Source: Pseudomonadota bacterium | GTDB taxonomy: Bacteria; Bdellovibrionota; JAFGOL01 | Direction of reading: 5' to 3' | Length of the DNA stretch: 25,773 nt | Assembly (NCBI GenBank): GCA_043808895.1 | Contig: JAZDEK010000204.1 | Coordinates: 1 to 25,773 of the forward strand | In this document: piece by piece, positions 25,279-25,773 of the stretch | How the letters are laid out: every line of letters starts with the position of its first letter | Position numbering within the stretch: the first letter of the stretch is position 1 | Notes under the pieces: generated by a model | Told to the model about the DNA's origin: nothing | Seen by the model: the letters and a program-made list of their open reading frames with translations, nothing else | The model's database searches: none | Made by a program: the position numbers and the translations under genes

Positions 25279-25295
25279 ATAAAAAAACATACTTC

Positions 25296-25324
25296 TTGCG
25301 CGTGGTCAAATAATATCTTAATAT
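25296..25324 (+). promoter_or_regulatory. Sigma70-like promoter TTGCGC-N17-TAATAT
   Basis: Canonical 17-nt spacing; the predicted start site falls on or next to the ATG at 25331. Confidence 0.4.
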
Positions 25325-25330
25325 CCTGAT

Positions 25331-25615
25331 ATGATTTTAAAACACGGGAATGGCAGGGTTTCTTTCATATTTGACCAGCCGTCGTCATCCCCGGTGTTTC
25401 TGACCGGCGACTTTAACGACTGGAGCACGCAAATAGACCCCATGGAGCTTATAGACGACAAATGGCAGAAAACCATAAAACTTAAACCCGGAGCGTATCA
25501 ATATAAATTCTTTACCATAGAGGCTGACGGCATACATTGGTACAACGATTGGCGCGCCGACGCCTACGTTAAAAGCCCGTTCGGCGGCGAAAATTCCGTA
25601 GTTATCATAGATTAA
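25331..25615 (+). CDS. Stand-alone glycogen-binding (CBM48 / AMPK-beta-like, isoamylase early-set) domain protein
   Basis: VFLTGDFNDW...PM...W..TIKLKPGAYQYKF...W..D...Y...PFGGENSV; 94 aa. Confidence 0.88.
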   Translation: MILKHGNGRVSFIFDQPSSSPVFLTGDFNDWSTQIDPMELIDDKWQKTIKLKPGAYQYKFFTIEADGIHWYNDWRADAYVKSPFGGENSVVIID

Positions 25616-25635
25616 ATCCGCATGCTCATGTTATA

Positions 25636-25773
25636 CTAATTCGCAGTCAAAGATAAATTAACCACCCAGTCGAAGCCAGTTAATGACCTTATTTTTGCAT
25701 GGTCAGATTCCATATTAAAGAGAGCCTTCATTAAGACGTTTTCAACCCCGTTCATAGAGTTAAAAACTTTGTT
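25636..25773 (-). CDS. Probable C-terminal end of a gene entering from the right edge
   Basis: 45 open codons from the edge (NKVFNSMNGVENVLMKALF...FDWVVNLSLTAN) ending at TAG 25636-25638. No family recognised. Confidence 0.45.
   Translation of the reverse strand, partial: NKVFNSMNGVENVLMKALFNMESDHAKIRSLTGFDWVVNLSLTAN

Overview
Bacterial chromosomal window from a diderm organism (it encodes an outer-membrane phospholipase A and lipoproteins). I cannot assign the taxon from sequence alone. About 18.5 kb (6780-25236, minus strand) is a tightly packed 23-gene cluster for an energy-converting group 4 [NiFe]-hydrogenase. In transcription order it encodes: a 58-aa 2[4Fe-4S] ferredoxin missed by the ORF track; an ECF nickel transporter (NikMN-Q-O); three antiporter-like subunits; NuoJ-, K-, A-, B(small)-, C-, D(large)-, H- and I-like subunits; a HycI-type endopeptidase; a DedA protein; then hypA-B-F-C-D-E. 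The most unusual points are a complete complex-I-like 11-subunit set around an intact Ni-binding catalytic subunit, a 79-aa cysteine-free HypA lacking the zinc finger, and a UptA/YngC-like DedA gene coupled into the maturation genes. The left 6.7 kb holds a partial exported Cys-rich protein divergent from a LysR regulator, an MFS transporter, a 48-aa lipoprotein, tRNA-Gln(CTG), an exported hypothetical protein, a PDZ lipoprotein, OMPLA and a WG-repeat protein. The right end has a stand-alone CBM48-type protein and a probable gene tail. I saw no mobile elements or CRISPR arrays. Family assignments come from motif recognition; no database searches were run.
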